A DNA stretch of 63,662 bases, counting the filler, from Octopus bimaculoides (Eukaryota), in assembly GCF_001194135.2 (NCBI RefSeq). It is 7 parts of 7 records of this genome, joined end to end, with 100 filler letters (N's around TTAATTAATTAA, not from the genome) between each part and the next. Parts side by side here need not be neighbours in the genome. Positions count along the whole stretch, not along the records: positions 58,018 to 63,662 come from NC_068987.1; 6 more parts are not named here. One strand, written 5' to 3'. The notes below the pieces were generated by a model. The model searched no databases. It saw nothing but the letters and a program-made list of their open reading frames with translations, and was not told where the DNA came from. Below, piece after piece: positions 61,748 through 63,662 of the stretch (the stretch's first letter is position 1; every line of letters starts with the position of its first letter). Made by a program: the position numbers and the translations under genes.

Positions 61748-62166
61748 CATTGATATTATTATTTTCCCTACATATGTAGAAATATATCTATGAACATATG
61801 TATGCAAACACACACCCACACATGCAATGATTTACCTACACACAGTGACGACAGACTGGAGGTCATTATCAAAAAGAGAAAAAAAATGTCAATAAACGAC
61901 AAAAGAATCCCTCATGTAACCAATCTTTTTCCATTTTGATTTTGTAGAATATGAAAATAAATTAACAACAATATAAAAAAGTCATCTCTTATTATCATTA
62001 TTATTATTATTATTATTGTTGTAGTTGTTGCTGTTTCCAATGGGTTCAAACATGTTTCATTGGTACTTACATGTTCTTGAAATTATTATTATTATCTTTT
62101 CAATGATTTGATGTCAATAATTAACTGCACCCTCTTGTGCAGTTGTGTTATTCCTGCTTGATGTAG

Positions 62167-62293
62167 TTTCATGGATGAAGCGAGTGACCACACATCTGGG
62201 TTTCAACTTGGTGTAAACAGCTCTTCTGGTTTCTTTGATTTTATTGATTGTGTGTTCTGTACTGAGTTTTGCTTATATGCCTTCGTTGATAGT
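62167..62293 (+). CDS. Weak exon candidate (xFMDEASDHTSGFQLGVNSSSGFFDFIDCVFCTEFCLYAFVDS)
   Basis: TGTAG acceptor, 127 nt open in one frame, AGT|GTAAGT donor. No recognised homology. Confidence 0.25.
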
Positions 62294-62610
62294 GTAAGTA
62301 AACAAACCTGTATACACATACGCAAAACACACATACTAAACATATAGACTGACACACAAACATATACATACATACATACAGATGCAAATGCATTCACAAA
62401 TAAGGATATATATCACACAAAGACAAAATGGAGTAAATAGAACAAGAGGAGATGCATGCGATGGTAGGAAATCACTGAAGAGATCAGAGAACGTGGGATG
62501 AAAGAAATTTGACTATATACACACGTTTATAAATATATATATTTAGACACACACACACATATAAATATATATATAGACACAAACACACACAAATATATAT
62601 ATAGACACAA

Positions 62611-62640
<30 letters not shown>

Positions 62641-62642
<2 letters not shown>

Positions 62643-63510
62643 TGAAAATGCAGAGGTCTTTTAAAGATGTTTATTGATTTGACCGGTTTCACCTTTTTTA
62701 AAGATTTTCAAAAGTAAAATGTAAGGCGTTGTGTAGCGTTTGGTGTATTTAAAAATGGCTATCATAGATGTATTGAAATACGGTGACATGATCTTTGACA
62801 ATGGTAAGCAAAATGTTAAGAGGGACTTTTTGTTTAAATAGTTTACAAATACAAATCACACACATACACACGCAAACGTGCACATATATATATGTACTAC
62901 CCTGCTAAATATGAAACACACACATACACAGACCTATACAAACACTCACACCATCTTGAACTCTAAGACCAGTCCCAAAACCACTGAACCATGACAGACT
63001 AGCCCAGAAACAAAAAAATCCTTTTGATTCCACAAACTATGTGAATGCTTTCCCCACCAACCAACCTCCCACACTATTTGTAAAAATAGCAACCATCCTT
63101 GCCAAACACACCCCCAAGACTGGAGACCAAGGAAAACAGGTTGGTCATTCCCCTAAAATTCTCTTGTCTACAAATTCTTTCTGTATATATGCTTATAAAC
63201 AATTACGATTTTTGATGAACTTATAAATAATTATGAATTTATTACACTTCCTATTTTGAACACTTATTTAAATTGTTTAAACAAAAAGCCCCTCTTAACG
63301 TTTTCTTATCAGTGTCAAAGATTCCATTTCTTAATATTTTCTCATCATTGTCAAAGACTGTATAACTGTATTTTATTACATCTACGTTCACAATTTTATA
63401 GACAACAAAGGCAACACAAAGACTTACATTTTACTTTTGAAAACCTTTTCTCAAAAAGTGAAACTGGTCGAGACAATAAACAACTTTAAAAGACCTCTGC
63501 ATTTGCAAAT
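62641..63510. mobile_element. About 870-bp element with about 200-bp imperfect inverted arms
   Basis: 62641-62850 aligns with the reverse complement of 63270-63510 (GCAGAGGTCTTTTAAAG.TGTTTATTG...TTTTCAAAAGTAAAATGTAAG...TCTTTGACAATG...GTTAAGAGGG). Confidence 0.7.
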
Positions 63511-63614
63511 CCTCTTTCCTTTATATTTTCATTCATGCAGTACCTTGCAACTTTCCTTTGTTTATATGAACGTATATACATATATGTACATATATATGCA
63601 TATACTCATATATT

Positions 63615-63662
<48 letters not shown>

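Noticed and set aside
62737-62803. Apparent exon RLVYLKMAIIDVLKYGDMIFDN with a G|GTAAG donor, in frame with 62167-62293
   Set aside because: It lies within the left arm of the 62641-63510 inverted-repeat element, and the homologous right arm does not keep the ATG or the donor.

Overview
Eukaryotic, AT-rich, heavily gapped genomic DNA, most likely an octopus short-read assembly. This is inferred from the tRNA-derived SINE families, the very high microsatellite load and the artificial TTAATTAATTAA spacers inside N runs. Nearly all long ORFs in the supplied track are translations of microsatellites or gaps. Host-gene content is small: one convincing terminal exon of a WD40 protein (WDR86-like, 45137-45304, +), a candidate Cys/His-rich RING-like exon (25637-25710, -), a candidate GC-box/CCAAT promoter with first exon (about 38421-38550, -) and one weak exon candidate. 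The rest is transposon debris: Penelope-like elements (PLEs) and their tails, R4/Dong-like, Tx1/L1-like, RTE and CR1-like LINE fragments, a Tc1 and a rosa-like mariner, MITE/foldback elements, Helitron/Helentron-like elements, about 25 SINE copies and a tRNA-Thr(CGT) pseudogene. Most notable: (1) several families of minimal type I hammerhead ribozymes in PLE-type tails, one with an apparently family-wide CUGUNGA (A6U) core linked to a PLE lacking its GIY-YIG endonuclease core in frame; (2) retroelement families that each sit in their own microsatellite class, e.g. a Tx1-like LINE in (TATC)n and stacked Dong-like LINEs in (TAA)n; (3) a PHD-like zinc finger inside an RTE reverse transcriptase, with a 19-bp reiteration at its 5' junction. 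No CRISPR, rRNA or prokaryotic features. All peptide and fold assignments were made by eye; no searches were run, and repeat boundaries are approximate.
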